Virus record (IMG/VR): IMGVR_UViG_3300045988_147128
Span: 1-64,000 of that record
DNA: 64,000 nt
Source: a virus
Reading direction: 5' to 3' (one strand)
Below are positions 8,722 through 19,249 of the stretch, one piece after another. Within the stretch, counting starts at the first letter, position 1. Each line of letters begins with the position of its first letter. A program made the position numbers and the translations under genes. The notes below the pieces were generated by a model. The model was given only the letters and a program-made list of their open reading frames with translations. It was not told the origin of the DNA and made no database searches.

Positions 8722-8944
8722 TGTTGTTTCCCGTGTAGCACTTGCGATAGCAATTGTATTATTGGTAGTAGCAGGTGCTACTTTACTGATAGTGATTAAG
8801 ACAGAAGAGGTACCAAGATGGTTAATGAACTTACCATATACGTTATCTTTAACGGCAGTATCTTTTTCAACTATATCACTTGTATCGAAATATAAAAAGT
8901 GGAAAAGAAATTGTACATCTGCGAAAAATGCGGACGAAAAGTAA
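8714..8944 (+). CDS. small membrane protein (2 predicted TM)
   Basis: hydrophobic segments. Confidence 0.4.
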   Translation: MSDVVSRVALAIAIVLLVVAGATLLIVIKTEEVPRWLMNLPYTLSLTAVSFSTISLVSKYKKWKRNCTSAKNADEK

Positions 8945-9414
8945 TGATAAGAAGTCATGGTTTATGCCAGGCTTGCAGGAGCAAAGAGTTGAATCCGAAG
9001 AAAAAAGACAGAATTACATCCATTAAAAACAGCAGCAAGAAGAAAAAGTTAGAGAACCCGGATTTATCCGGGTTTTTTCGTCTTATGTTGGAGGAGTTGA
9101 GTACTATTCGAATGTCTATGACTGGTAAAGCTATTCATTTTCCTACAGTATGTAACGTCTGTCACATACTTCCGAAAAGGATATATAAGTCGGTTGCTAC
9201 TTGCAGGGATAATATAGTTTTCCTTCATGAATCGGAGCATACGGTATTCGACATGTATCTTGACCGGATGGAATTTGATAAACTTGAAACAGAATTTCCT
9301 TTTGTGTGGAAGTATGCGGTAAAGAAGGTACTGGATATGGAAAGCAGAGGAATGATCAAGGAAAGAGGTAGGTTGATTATTGAAATAATTGATAGATATG
9401 AGAAAAAAATATAA
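8899..9414 (+). CDS. zinc-ribbon protein (CEKCG...CQAC)
   Basis: ORF track; CxxC x2. Confidence 0.5.
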   Translation: MEKKLYICEKCGRKVMIRSHGLCQACRSKELNPKKKDRITSIKNSSKKKKLENPDLSGFFRLMLEELSTIRMSMTGKAIHFPTVCNVCHILPKRIYKSVATCRDNIVFLHESEHTVFDMYLDRMEFDKLETEFPFVWKYAVKKVLDMESRGMIKERGRLIIEIIDRYEKKI

Positions 9415-9574
9415 GGTTACAATAGAAGCTGACGATGAAATTATTTTCATTGCCAACGTAAAAAGAGGAGAGAGTGAGAGGGAAATTGATTTTGAGGGAG
9501 CATCCGCAGATATGGATGAGGCTGAAACTGTATTGTATTATATTAAAGAAGCATTAATTGGGAAATTGCGATGA
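9389..9574 (+). CDS. hypothetical protein
   Basis: ORF track. Confidence 0.4.
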   Translation: MIDMRKKYKVTIEADDEIIFIANVKRGESEREIDFEGASADMDEAETVLYYIKEALIGKLR

Positions 9575-10890
9575 TAGAACAGAAAATAAAAATATTAACA
9601 GATTTAGGGTTTGTCCCTATGGTGGAAGGAGAAGGAAATACGTTGTTTAGAATGAACGATGTCGTGATGTCGGTATCAGATCCTAATCAAACACCAGAGC
9701 AATTGAAAAAGGAAGTTATGTCTTTGATAAAGAATAAAGATATAGCAGAAAGAGGCGGACAGGTTCCAGTAGTTGAAGAGCCGGCTTCTGAGCCAGAGCA
9801 GGCCCAGAAGGAGGAACCGGAAGCTCCGGCGGAGGAAGCCGATCCTAACCCTGGAGAAGAAGACTCGAATCCGTTTACAGAAAACCAGGAAACGTTAGAG
9901 CCGTTTTATATCTGTGATGAGTTGAAGAAGATTGAGACACCCAAATTTGTAAGATTGACATTAGACGGTAATCGTTTTTATGTAAGGAAGATGGATGATG
10001 GGGCAGCCAAGATATATGCTTCGGTAACAACCATGATTAGAGACGGATTCGTAGATGACAAGACGGCTCTTCAAGAATGGAGACAGGAGATGAGGATGAT
10101 TGGTCGTAATCCAGAAGAAGTATCAGAATATGATGCAGATAAAGGAACGATCATGCACTACTTATACGGATTGTATTTAACTGGCAGAGATATGGTCTTA
10201 AATAGAAGTTTTATAGTTAAAACCGTACAAGAAGGCAAGCTTAAGATATCGAAAAAGAATCTTGACAAATTTTTTGGTAGTATAGATGACCTTGACGATA
10301 TGATTGTCAGAGTTATGAAATTTGCCAAATTTTGTTCGGAGTATAAGGTTAAGCCGATGATGATTGAAAGAATATTGTCATTAGAAGACTATTTGGTAGC
10401 TACGCCAATAGATGCGATGGTTAAAATGACATTCAAATACAAAGAAGAAGGTTATTTTGGAGCCGTGTATCAAAGGGCTACAGGACAGTTCAAAAAAGGT
10501 GATCCGAAGAAGGAGGTAAGAGAAGTGGAAAAAGAAGAGATTGTTATCTTAGACTTTAAATCAGGTGACATACGAAATGAACACGCTTTTCAATTGGAGG
10601 CTGAAAGAAGAATGGTTAAAAACTGGTACGGGATTGACGCGCGTATTATGAATTTTTCTCCAAAAAGCACAAACAGTAAAGGTTATACGCTAAAAGAATG
10701 GTCTGATAAAAATGCTGCTATGGAGAAAGCGGACTGCGTGTTCCAGCAAGGGATGTTGAATCACATTAGAAAAGACAAGAGGTTTAAAGTGAGAAAAGGA
10801 GTATTGAATATCAACAAGCCGTACAATGAAGAGGATCATATTGTTGTATATGATATTGCTGAGGAAATGTCTAAAAGATTCATAATATGA
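9571..10890 (+). CDS. putative PD-(D/E)XK family exonuclease (RecE/YqaJ-like) with acidic Pro/Glu-rich N-terminal linker
   Basis: ILDFKSGD...QLEAE motif resembles the D-x-K core; recognition by eye. Confidence 0.55.
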   Translation: MIEQKIKILTDLGFVPMVEGEGNTLFRMNDVVMSVSDPNQTPEQLKKEVMSLIKNKDIAERGGQVPVVEEPASEPEQAQKEEPEAPAEEADPNPGEEDSNPFTENQETLEPFYICDELKKIETPKFVRLTLDGNRFYVRKMDDGAAKIYASVTTMIRDGFVDDKTALQEWRQEMRMIGRNPEEVSEYDADKGTIMHYLYGLYLTGRDMVLNRSFIVKTVQEGKLKISKKNLDKFFGSIDDLDDMIVRVMKFAKFCSEYKVKPMMIERILSLEDYLVATPIDAMVKMTFKYKEEGYFGAVYQRATGQFKKGDPKKEVREVEKEEIVILDFKSGDIRNEHAFQLEAERRMVKNWYGIDARIMNFSPKSTNSKGYTLKEWSDKNAAMEKADCVFQQGMLNHIRKDKRFKVRKGVLNINKPYNEEDHIVVYDIAEEMSKRFII

Positions 10891-11120
10891 GCGATATTGT
10901 TATTCCTAAAGGAGATTATGTGGAAATTGTAGAACCGATATATATCAATCCTTTTGGTCATTGTTTTATTAACATCAAAAGGGGTTCAAGATTAAGATTA
11001 TCGGAAGATTTGAAAATAGGAGATAAGTATGCAATATGCATACTCGTATCTTATGAGAAATATGGCAAGACCGTTAAAGTGATAATGCCTATACTGGCCA
11101 GAAATACAAGAAGGGTATGA
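10887..11120 (+). CDS. hypothetical protein
   Basis: ORF track. Confidence 0.45.
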   Translation: MSDIVIPKGDYVEIVEPIYINPFGHCFINIKRGSRLRLSEDLKIGDKYAICILVSYEKYGKTVKVIMPILARNTRRV

Positions 11121-11467
11121 GAAGAAAGATTAGGAGAACAGGAGAGATAATAGACGTAATTACCTTTAGCGGCTCAACTATAAGGAGTGATTATGACAAA
11201 ATACAGTTCTATGATAGTAATGGAAGTGTGATAAATGGGAGTTTAAATTATTATCTCGATACCCTTCCTGTGGATGATGAAAACAAAGACGTAGATTGGG
11301 AACAACGTAGATTCGATCTTGTTAAAGCCTATTCTATTGAGTTTATCAAAATGCAAGATAGAAAAGGAGAGATAGATTGCGGGGTATATATACCAGATGT
11401 GGTGTCATGGTCTATAACTATAGCAGATAGAATCATAGAAGTAATGAGAGGAGTTAAAAATGCTTGA
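11117..11467 (+). CDS. hypothetical protein
   Basis: ORF track. Confidence 0.45.
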   Translation: MRRKIRRTGEIIDVITFSGSTIRSDYDKIQFYDSNGSVINGSLNYYLDTLPVDDENKDVDWEQRRFDLVKAYSIEFIKMQDRKGEIDCGVYIPDVVSWSITIADRIIEVMRGVKNA

Positions 11468-12473
11468 TTTCAGAAAATACGAAAACGTACCTCGGTTTCA
11501 ACTTGACCGCAGGCCTGGCAGGAGCCGGCTGAAGCTAACCTGCCCAGCTTGTGGGAAAAGCCGGTGCCTCACCCCTTATATTGATGTGGCAACAGGTCAG
11601 GTTGTTGGCAACGAGTTTGGAAGATGCGATCATGAACGGACATGTGGTTATGATAAACGACCCACTGGTAAGGATGTAGGAGACAAAGATCTTTGGATTT
11701 CAGGAAATAAATGCATAAGAGCTTATCGTCCTCCTGTAAATCCTGATGTTATAAATTACATACCTTTTAGCGAGTTTGAGAGGACTGTGGTTCCAGATGA
11801 TAGAAATACTGTATTTAGGTTTTTATCGTCTCTATGGGGAAAAGAAAGGGTATCTGACGTATTTAGGAGGTATCATGTTGGAACAATGGACTTATGGGGA
11901 TGGAAAGGGTGTTGTATATTCTGGCAGATAGATAAGGACTTTGTATGTAGAACCGGCAAGATTATGGATTTTTACATAAAGACCGACAGCCAGGGGAATG
12001 AGATTGATGTAAAAAGAGTGAAGGAAAAAGACGGTGACAATGAGCGACCTCATGTTATGTTTTATCACTCATTGCATGCAAGAGACTTCTTGTTTAGACA
12101 ATGCCTGTTTGGAGAACATCTTCTAAGCCAGTATCCGGATAAGGTAGTTAATTTGGTGGAGTCAGAAAAGACGGCTATTATATGCGCCGTGAATAAACCA
12201 GATGAGTTGTTTGTAGCTACCGGTGGATTGCAGAACTTAAGACCGGAAGTGATAGATGTTTTAAAAGATAGAAAGACTGTAGCTTTTCCGGACAAAGGAC
12301 AAGCATTTGACACATGGAGTAAAAAGATAGATGGGATGATGATGAAGTCAAGAATAAAAGTATCGGACTATCTTCAGAGTGTTGAGAATGTAGGGGACGG
12401 AGATGATGTGGCAGATTTGATAATTAATAATAAAGTAAAAGAAAAATATTATGAGCCTGGACGTTTATATTAA
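11460..12473 (+). CDS. putative DNA primase (N-terminal CPACG...C...C zinc finger + Toprim-like LVESEKTAI / FPDKG)
   Basis: motif resemblance; position upstream of DnaB-like helicase. Confidence 0.55.
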   Translation: MLDFRKYENVPRFQLDRRPGRSRLKLTCPACGKSRCLTPYIDVATGQVVGNEFGRCDHERTCGYDKRPTGKDVGDKDLWISGNKCIRAYRPPVNPDVINYIPFSEFERTVVPDDRNTVFRFLSSLWGKERVSDVFRRYHVGTMDLWGWKGCCIFWQIDKDFVCRTGKIMDFYIKTDSQGNEIDVKRVKEKDGDNERPHVMFYHSLHARDFLFRQCLFGEHLLSQYPDKVVNLVESEKTAIICAVNKPDELFVATGGLQNLRPEVIDVLKDRKTVAFPDKGQAFDTWSKKIDGMMMKSRIKVSDYLQSVENVGDGDDVADLIINNKVKEKYYEPGRLY

Positions 12474-12804
12474 GAGCAAGAAGAAAGAAGAGGATCGTAA
12501 ATGGGTTGCAAACATCACCCACAACATGAACAAGATGGCACAAAAAATATTCGTATCAGAAAACAAAGAAACACTATACGATTATGTTTGGAGACCAGAA
12601 GAATTGGGCAGGGAAATAGATGCTAAAGAGATGGCGAAGATACTCACAAAAGGTATATATATTATGATCTCCAAGAGAAAGAGTCTTTTGAGATACGAAC
12701 CAGAAAACGGATGGGGGTCTTATGATTCATTTCTTAAGTTTCTTATCGAATACAAAGAGGCATGTGAAGATAATCCAGGGTGTGTAATTGAAGCAAGTAG
12801 ATAA
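12451..12804 (+). CDS. hypothetical protein
   Basis: ORF track. Confidence 0.45.
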   Translation: MSLDVYIKSKKKEEDRKWVANITHNMNKMAQKIFVSENKETLYDYVWRPEELGREIDAKEMAKILTKGIYIMISKRKSLLRYEPENGWGSYDSFLKFLIEYKEACEDNPGCVIEASR

Positions 12805-13063
12805 CATGAAAAATTATAAAAACACTTTGAACGAGGTAGTGGTGATCGAATCATCACCAGAAACGTATTTTGTTTACGCTATTCGTAATGCTATTCGTAT
12901 CTCTAAATGTGCGTATCCTACAGCCAAGAAAGTAATTTTCAAAAGAGAAGACGTAGAGGTAGAGATCTCGGAAATGGAAACCGAAAGCAGTTTGTATGAA
13001 AAATTTAAAGAAAAACAGAAGAATAGGGTATGGAACTCAATGTGCGGCAACAACGGGTTTTAA
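12788..13063 (+). CDS. hypothetical protein
   Basis: ORF track. Confidence 0.4.
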   Translation: MKQVDNMKNYKNTLNEVVVIESSPETYFVYAIRNAIRISKCAYPTAKKVIFKREDVEVEISEMETESSLYEKFKEKQKNRVWNSMCGNNGF

Positions 13064-13596
13064 GAGGCGAAATTTGCCCTTATTGCGGAAGAGAAACTGA
13101 GCTGGTTAATGCCGATAAAATATATAGCAGAAAAGGCTTAGGGATGGTTATGATGTGCAAACCATGCAATGCTTATGTTGGCGTCCATGAAGCAGGACCA
13201 AATAAGGGGAAAGCTAAAGGCCGGCTTGCAGGACCATCACTGAGATCTCTTAAAATAAGAGTCCATGCCGAACTTGATAGGCTATGGTCTACGCCGAAAG
13301 AACGAGAAAGGATGTATAAAGATTTATCAGAATTTCTCTCTATACCGGAAGAATACACGCATATAGGCATGTTCGGTGAGAAGACGATGGGAAAAGTCTT
13401 TCAGTTCTGTCATATAAATAAAGAACGATCAGGTTCGAGGATAGAATGGCATAAACCTGGAGATAAGTGTCCTAATAAGAACAATCAAATAGTGTCAGGG
13501 AGTAGCGCATGCAGGGGATGCCCTGAGTATCTTCATGATGAGAAAGACGGATATGTTTGGTGTGATCCTGATATGAGCTACGGCAAGTTGAAATAG
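13030..13596 (+). CDS. zinc-ribbon protein (CPYCG...CKPC)
   Basis: Cys motifs. Confidence 0.5.
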   Translation: MELNVRQQRVLRGEICPYCGRETELVNADKIYSRKGLGMVMMCKPCNAYVGVHEAGPNKGKAKGRLAGPSLRSLKIRVHAELDRLWSTPKERERMYKDLSEFLSIPEEYTHIGMFGEKTMGKVFQFCHINKERSGSRIEWHKPGDKCPNKNNQIVSGSSACRGCPEYLHDEKDGYVWCDPDMSYGKLK

Positions 13597-13645
13597 GATG
13601 CGAATTGCCTATCTTTGTGCTATTATTAATCAAAAATGTAAGAAG

Positions 13646-13924
13646 ATGGGTAGATCAACAGAGTACTACAGGACTCATCCTGAAGCCAGGAAGAAAAAGG
13701 CTAAAAAAGACAAGGAGATAAATGCCAGACCGGAACAGAAAGCCAAACGCCGGGAGCTTGGTCGTAAAAACTACGAAACGGACAAGAAGAAAGGCAAGGG
13801 CTGGAGGAAAGGCAAGGATTGTTCTCATACCAAGAACGGTCTTAGGTATAAATCAGTAAAAGCTAATAGGGGATCCAAATCGGATACGAAAGGTGACAAA
13901 AATGCAAGAGGAGATAGCAAATAG
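13646..13924 (+). CDS. highly basic Lys/Arg-rich small protein, possibly nucleic-acid binding
   Basis: internal ATG of track ORF 13598. Confidence 0.4.
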   Translation: MGRSTEYYRTHPEARKKKAKKDKEINARPEQKAKRRELGRKNYETDKKKGKGWRKGKDCSHTKNGLRYKSVKANRGSKSDTKGDKNARGDSK

Positions 13925-15020
13925 GATAGATATAAGAAGGATATTCAAAACCTCCAAACAGGTTATGGAGGAGGCGTATGAGAATATCTTGAAATACAGG
14001 CGGGGAGAACTTATCCCCGCTAAAACCGGATACGATTATATTGACGAGGCTTTGCTTGGAGGTATTTTCCCTCAGCATGCTATTGCCATAGGAGCCCGGC
14101 CATCTGTAGGTAAATCGTATGTGGCTCAAAAGATATTGAAAAATGTGATGAATCCGATGATTAACCCGCAAGCAGAAGATTATTTTCTTGTCAATTGCGA
14201 GTTCGAAATGAATCCTCAAGATCTTCTTCTTCGTAGAATGAGCCAGGATATGAAAAAAAGAGCTCCTGAAATATTAAGAAGGCAGGAATCTAATACGATA
14301 GAAGAGACGAGAATGTTTGAAATCCTTCAAGGTGAAATCAGAAATAATATAATATACATTGATGCTCCATGTACGGTAAAAGAGTTTGAGGCGGCTGTGT
14401 ATCATATAGCTACCAAACACAAAGACAAACGTCTTATAATATTTAAAGTCGATCATATTGCTTTGATAAAAAGAATGGGATTGGATCCTAAGTCGGCTAT
14501 AGATGATTTGGTGGCGGTTATGAACGAGGCTAAATTAGTGTATAAAAACATATTTTTTCTCATTATATCCCAATTCAACAGAGAGATAGAAGGACGGATA
14601 AAAAGTCCCCAAGAGCAGCCTCCCCGTCTTTCTGACTTTTATCAGTCTGATACGCTGGGACAACTATGTACGTTAATGATAGGCTTGCATAATCCTCGCA
14701 GATACGGACTGGATAAGTATATGATATTTGGGAAAGACTGGTATCAGACTCTTGACCGGTTTAAAACTGAAAACAAAACATCATTCAGGACAGCCGGACT
14801 GGTGTTTCATCATATACTGAAGGTAAGGCAAGTTAGTATGGAAGAGCTTACTAATACAATCCACCCAGAGATCCTGCCGGGGCATGGATGGATGTACGGG
14901 GAGGGAGGGACGAAGTTCGTGAACCCCAACCAGCCGCCGACGCCGCCCAAGATCTATACTGTGGAAGATGTTACGGATAATCAAGAACAAGAAACAAAGG
15001 AAGAACAGTCAGTATATTAA
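13893..15020 (+). CDS. DnaB-like replicative helicase (RecA-fold C-terminal domain)
   Basis: Walker A IAIGARPSVGKS; Walker B-like LIIFKVDHIALI. Confidence 0.75.
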   Translation: MTKMQEEIANRIDIRRIFKTSKQVMEEAYENILKYRRGELIPAKTGYDYIDEALLGGIFPQHAIAIGARPSVGKSYVAQKILKNVMNPMINPQAEDYFLVNCEFEMNPQDLLLRRMSQDMKKRAPEILRRQESNTIEETRMFEILQGEIRNNIIYIDAPCTVKEFEAAVYHIATKHKDKRLIIFKVDHIALIKRMGLDPKSAIDDLVAVMNEAKLVYKNIFFLIISQFNREIEGRIKSPQEQPPRLSDFYQSDTLGQLCTLMIGLHNPRRYGLDKYMIFGKDWYQTLDRFKTENKTSFRTAGLVFHHILKVRQVSMEELTNTIHPEILPGHGWMYGEGGTKFVNPNQPPTPPKIYTVEDVTDNQEQETKEEQSVY

Positions 15021-15033
15021 AAAAAAGAAACGT

Positions 15034-15636
15034 ATGAGACTTACCGTAGAAGAAAACGAGTACCTGATAAGTAAGTTCCTTTTGGTTCTTACTGAGTTTG
15101 CAGGGGATGAGAGAGAGATGTTTTTAATCAACTCCATACATGACAAGGCGGTGGCGGATATGAATTATCGTCTTCCGTCTTTAATAAGCAGAGAGCGTAA
15201 AAGACGAGTCATTGAGCTTCTTAAAGAAGGGACCAGAATAATCAAGGACTTTTCAGGTTATGCAGGTGATATGGGTATGATTAACGAATACGATCGTCTA
15301 AAGAAAGAAATAGGAACCATCCAAGACCAACTTGGCGACGTAGAAGGTCAACTCCGGGCGGCAGGGGAAGTTATTAAAAAAGAGCTTGATATGATTGCTG
15401 ACCGAATAAAAGAAGATCTTCTTGATCGGGAACTGGCTAAAAGTAATGCCGAGGCTGAAAGAAAAGCCAAAGTAGATCCGAGATACGAAGTGGCTTTAGG
15501 CGATTACAAGGAAATGTTGGAAGTAATTTTTACAACCAGGAACAAGTATTCTACGGTAGATTCTGTACATGACGATCTTCGCCAGTCGGTATCTACCGGT
15601 AGAAATTCGATTATTAAAGAAGGATACAACAGTTAA
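15034..15636 (+). CDS. hypothetical coiled-coil protein
   Basis: internal ATG of track ORF 14968. Confidence 0.5.
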   Translation: MRLTVEENEYLISKFLLVLTEFAGDEREMFLINSIHDKAVADMNYRLPSLISRERKRRVIELLKEGTRIIKDFSGYAGDMGMINEYDRLKKEIGTIQDQLGDVEGQLRAAGEVIKKELDMIADRIKEDLLDRELAKSNAEAERKAKVDPRYEVALGDYKEMLEVIFTTRNKYSTVDSVHDDLRQSVSTGRNSIIKEGYNS

Positions 15637-15650
15637 AACAAGGAGGAAAT

Positions 15651-15848
15651 ATGGGAAAGAAGGAACTTAAAGTAGGAGAAACGTTTACTGCCGGATTTAT
15701 AAGATTGAAATGTGTGGAAGGTGATACATACGATGGATGTATATTCGAAGATTACGATTCTTGTTCATGTACAGACATAATTATTGGTTCATGTGGACAT
15801 ATTGATAGACAAGATGGCAAGAATGTTATTTTCATTAAAGCTGATTAG
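15651..15848 (+). CDS. small Cys-rich protein
   Basis: SD AAGGAGG. Confidence 0.5.
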   Translation: MGKKELKVGETFTAGFIRLKCVEGDTYDGCIFEDYDSCSCTDIIIGSCGHIDRQDGKNVIFIKAD

Positions 15849-15850
15849 GT

Positions 15851-16564
15851 ATGTATATTAATTTCAGACAACTTGCAGCATCAGGCATGACTCCTAATGA
15901 TCTGGCTAATCTTCTTGCTATAAGACAGAAGGATGCGGTTATGATCGAAGCTATGCCAGAAGAAGACGCTGGGAGGTATATAGAGCTTGGCCTGGTTGAG
16001 AAATTAAAATCGGGCGTGATGAGATTAACCAACAAAGGAACGTCTTTTGTGAATTATATAGAGACACCGGAAATGACGGATGAGGTTCTGGAAACGTTGA
16101 AGATTATGATAGGAATGTACGAATCATATTCAAAAGACATAGGTGTCAGCAGAAAAGAAGCAGAATCCAGGTTATGTTGGTTTATGGGTAATACTTCATT
16201 TAAGAAAGAGGTCATACTTCAGGTAACGGAGTCTTATATAGCAGAGTCAGGAGATTACACAATGAGCTTATGTAACTTCATATGGAAACCGCCTTCTCAA
16301 GCTTTTTCAGTCCATATGAACCTTAAAAACTCAAAGCTCTTTGACTTAATAGCTGAAAAATTTAAGATCGCTACCGAGCCTTATTTGGAGCCTAAGAAGA
16401 ATAAGGAAATGGATTGGTTGTTTGCCGTATCTAAATTGCCTACGCCGCCGGCTAAGGCTAATCCGGATTATTTATTTACCGGAAGTTCGGAAACAGACAA
16501 AGAGCGATTGAAAAACATAAAAACGTATTTATTTAACAAAATTAGAAAGCAATGGAAAAAGTAA
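15851..16564 (+). CDS. hypothetical protein
   Basis: ORF track. Confidence 0.5.
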   Translation: MYINFRQLAASGMTPNDLANLLAIRQKDAVMIEAMPEEDAGRYIELGLVEKLKSGVMRLTNKGTSFVNYIETPEMTDEVLETLKIMIGMYESYSKDIGVSRKEAESRLCWFMGNTSFKKEVILQVTESYIAESGDYTMSLCNFIWKPPSQAFSVHMNLKNSKLFDLIAEKFKIATEPYLEPKKNKEMDWLFAVSKLPTPPAKANPDYLFTGSSETDKERLKNIKTYLFNKIRKQWKK

Positions 16565-16812
16565 AAATCAGAGAGATAATAGAGGATATAGTTATTACTC
16601 ATTTTCCCTATTCAATAATAGAGCTGGTTCATGAAGAAGATGTATCATTTGAAGAGCTTGAATTAGATTCTATTGATGAAACTGAACTTGTAGTGGAGGT
16701 AGAAAAAGAGTTTGGTATTCTTATTTATGATAACGAGATGGATAATATTAAATCCATTAAAGATATGACTGATCTTGTTTACAAAATAAAAACAGAAGGA
16801 CATGGGAAGTGA
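16552..16812 (+). CDS. acidic hypothetical protein
   Basis: ORF track. Confidence 0.45.
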   Translation: MEKVKIREIIEDIVITHFPYSIIELVHEEDVSFEELELDSIDETELVVEVEKEFGILIYDNEMDNIKSIKDMTDLVYKIKTEGHGK

Positions 16813-17296
16813 TATAATTTTATGCATGGCTTTGATAGCATCATTTACTTTTATCATACAATTCTTGCTATCGGTGTTAGGGTCCGATTTAGATACAGAT
16901 ATTGATATTGATGATGCTTCGGATTTAAGTATGTCCTTATCAGACATCATATCATTTAAAGGGATCACACATTTTATTCTTGGATATAGTTGGACCACAT
17001 ACTTTTCGGGCTCTCATTTGGTAGGGGTCATAATAGGGTCATTTTTCTTTATCGTTTTGTTTTATGTATATAAGTTGCTTCTTAAGCTAAAACAAGAAAC
17101 AATATACGAATGCCCAGAAGATTTAAATGGTAGAGAAGTGGAAATAGTATTTAGATCAGGGAAAGATCATTATATGGTAAATATTACCAGAAATGGAAGA
17201 CAGGAACAAATAAGAGTAAGATGCTTGTCTGGGAAAAATTACAAAAACGGTGACAAGGTGAATATAAAATACGAAGAAGGAGAATTAAGTATCTAA
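16802..17296 (+). CDS. NfeD-like membrane protein (N-terminal TM helices + C-terminal beta domain)
   Basis: topology plus position directly upstream of an SPFH gene, as in yuaF-floT / yqiJ-yqiK pairs. Confidence 0.5.
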   Translation: MGSDIILCMALIASFTFIIQFLLSVLGSDLDTDIDIDDASDLSMSLSDIISFKGITHFILGYSWTTYFSGSHLVGVIIGSFFFIVLFYVYKLLLKLKQETIYECPEDLNGREVEIVFRSGKDHYMVNITRNGRQEQIRVRCLSGKNYKNGDKVNIKYEEGELSI

Positions 17297-17331
17297 TTTT
17301 TTTTATATCAACAAATTAAATTTTAAAAGTT

Positions 17332-19032
17332 ATGACAATAATTATGTATGTATCAGCAATTTTAGCTGTAGTGATTATTTTGACGATCATCGGGATCTTA
17401 TCAAGGTATCGTAGGTGTAAGCCTAATCAGGTATTGGTCGTTTATGGTAAGACAGGTGGGGAAAAGAAATCGGCGAAATTGTATCATGGTGGAGCAGCAT
17501 TTGTATTGCCTATTATTCAAAGCTATGATATTTTGTCTATGGAACCTATGCAAATAGATTGCAGACTTACCGGCGCTTTGTCATCTCAAAATATCAGAGT
17601 GGATGTGCCTACTACTATTACGGTAGCGATCAGCACAAATCCTGAAATCATGCAGAATGCAGCAGAAAGACTTTTGGGAATGGATACTGAATCTACTGAA
17701 AATCTTATTACGGATATCGTTTATGGCCAAATGCGTTTGATCATTGCTGAAATGACGATTGAAAAACTTAATTCTGACAGGGATGAGTTTTTAGACAAAG
17801 CAAGAAAGAACATTGATAACGAGCTTAACAAGTTGGGTCTTTACCTTTTGAATATTAACATCAGCGACATCAGGGACGAAGCTGGCTATATCATGAATCT
17901 TGGCAAAGAAGCTGAAAGTAAGGCCCTGAACGAAGCACAGGCTAATATCGAAGAACAGGAAAAGCTGGGTGCTATTAAAATTGCTGTACAACAGAAAGAA
18001 AAAGAAACGGCTGTAGCTAATACCCAAAAAGAACAAGAGATTCAAATTGCTTATACTGAAAAAGAAAAGGAAACGGTAGTAGCTGAAACAAGGAAAGAAA
18101 AAGAAGTAGCTTTGGCTTTAACAGACAAAGAAAAACAGATTGGTGTAGCCCAAGCAGACAGAGATAGGGCTGCGGTTATTGCAAAGACTTTGGCTGACAA
18201 AGAATCAGCAATCGCAAGATCTAAGGCAGAACTTGAGGTAAACAAAGCTGAGGCTGAAAGAATGGAAGAAGTCGGGAAGAATAAGGCTGAGGCTGATAAA
18301 CAAGCAGCTATAGCAATCCAAGATTCCGAAGCTCAGATCAAGAAAGCTGAAGCTGAGAAAAACGCATCTGTGGGTTATAACAATGCCCAGAAAGAGGTTG
18401 CTATATCAGAATCAGAATTACAGGTTATCAAAGCTCAATCAGAAAAGAAGGCCGGAGAAGAGAGAGTTAAGTCGGAAGCGGCTGTAAAAACGGCAAAAGA
18501 GCTTGCTGATAAAGAAGTGGAAGAGGCTAAGGCTGAAAAAGTTCAAGCTGCGCTTCGAGCTGAAAAGATTGTGCCAGCTGAAACCCAGAAGCAAGAAGCC
18601 ATTCTGCAAGCTGATGCTGAAGCAGAAAAGATTAAACGCCGGGCTGCCGCTGAAGCAGCAGCTAATTTGGCAAAAGCAGAAGCCGAAGCAAAGGCTATTA
18701 AGATGAAGTTGGAAGCAGAAGCCGAAGGTAAGAAAAAGTCGTTGATGGCAGAAGCAGAGGGATTTAAGGCTATGGTGGAAGCAGCAGAATCGAATCCTCA
18801 GATTGCTATCCAGTATAAGATGGTTAATCAGTGGAAAGAAATAGCCGGAGAACAGGTCAAGGCATTTGAACATATTAATCTTGGAAATATTACGGTATTT
18901 GATGGAGGTCAGAATAGTACCGGTAATTTCCTTAACAATGTTGTTAAAACCGTTGCTCCGGCATTGGGAGTCATTGATCAGCTTCCTATTGCAGATACTT
19001 TAAAGAAGTTAAAAGGAGATGATAAGAAATAA
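17332..19032 (+). CDS. flotillin-like SPFH/band-7 protein with long Ala/Glu/Lys coiled coil
   Basis: N-terminal TM, SPFH-like block, repetitive EAEK-type coiled coil. Confidence 0.75.
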   Translation: MTIIMYVSAILAVVIILTIIGILSRYRRCKPNQVLVVYGKTGGEKKSAKLYHGGAAFVLPIIQSYDILSMEPMQIDCRLTGALSSQNIRVDVPTTITVAISTNPEIMQNAAERLLGMDTESTENLITDIVYGQMRLIIAEMTIEKLNSDRDEFLDKARKNIDNELNKLGLYLLNINISDIRDEAGYIMNLGKEAESKALNEAQANIEEQEKLGAIKIAVQQKEKETAVANTQKEQEIQIAYTEKEKETVVAETRKEKEVALALTDKEKQIGVAQADRDRAAVIAKTLADKESAIARSKAELEVNKAEAERMEEVGKNKAEADKQAAIAIQDSEAQIKKAEAEKNASVGYNNAQKEVAISESELQVIKAQSEKKAGEERVKSEAAVKTAKELADKEVEEAKAEKVQAALRAEKIVPAETQKQEAILQADAEAEKIKRRAAAEAAANLAKAEAEAKAIKMKLEAEAEGKKKSLMAEAEGFKAMVEAAESNPQIAIQYKMVNQWKEIAGEQVKAFEHINLGNITVFDGGQNSTGNFLNNVVKTVAPALGVIDQLPIADTLKKLKGDDKK

Positions 19033-19040
19033 ATGTAACG

Positions 19041-19062
19041 GCCCAAGGTTAAACTTGGGCCT
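19041..19062 (+). terminator. hairpin GGCCCAAG-GTTAAA-CTTGGGCC
   Basis: 8-bp perfect GC-rich stem right after the flotillin stop. Confidence 0.6.
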
Positions 19063-19249
19063 AATTGAAGAACTAAAAAGGGGGATTATAGATTTTATGC
19101 CAGCAGGAATAGTGATTTTTAGTGCTTCCTTATTTACGATATTTATAATATGGATTTCGGACAAGATTTAGAACCAGAAGAATTAACTGAACATTATGAT
19201 CAGTGTTATGATATTGATTTTGAAACAAAAGAAGTAGAAGAAGAGGAAT

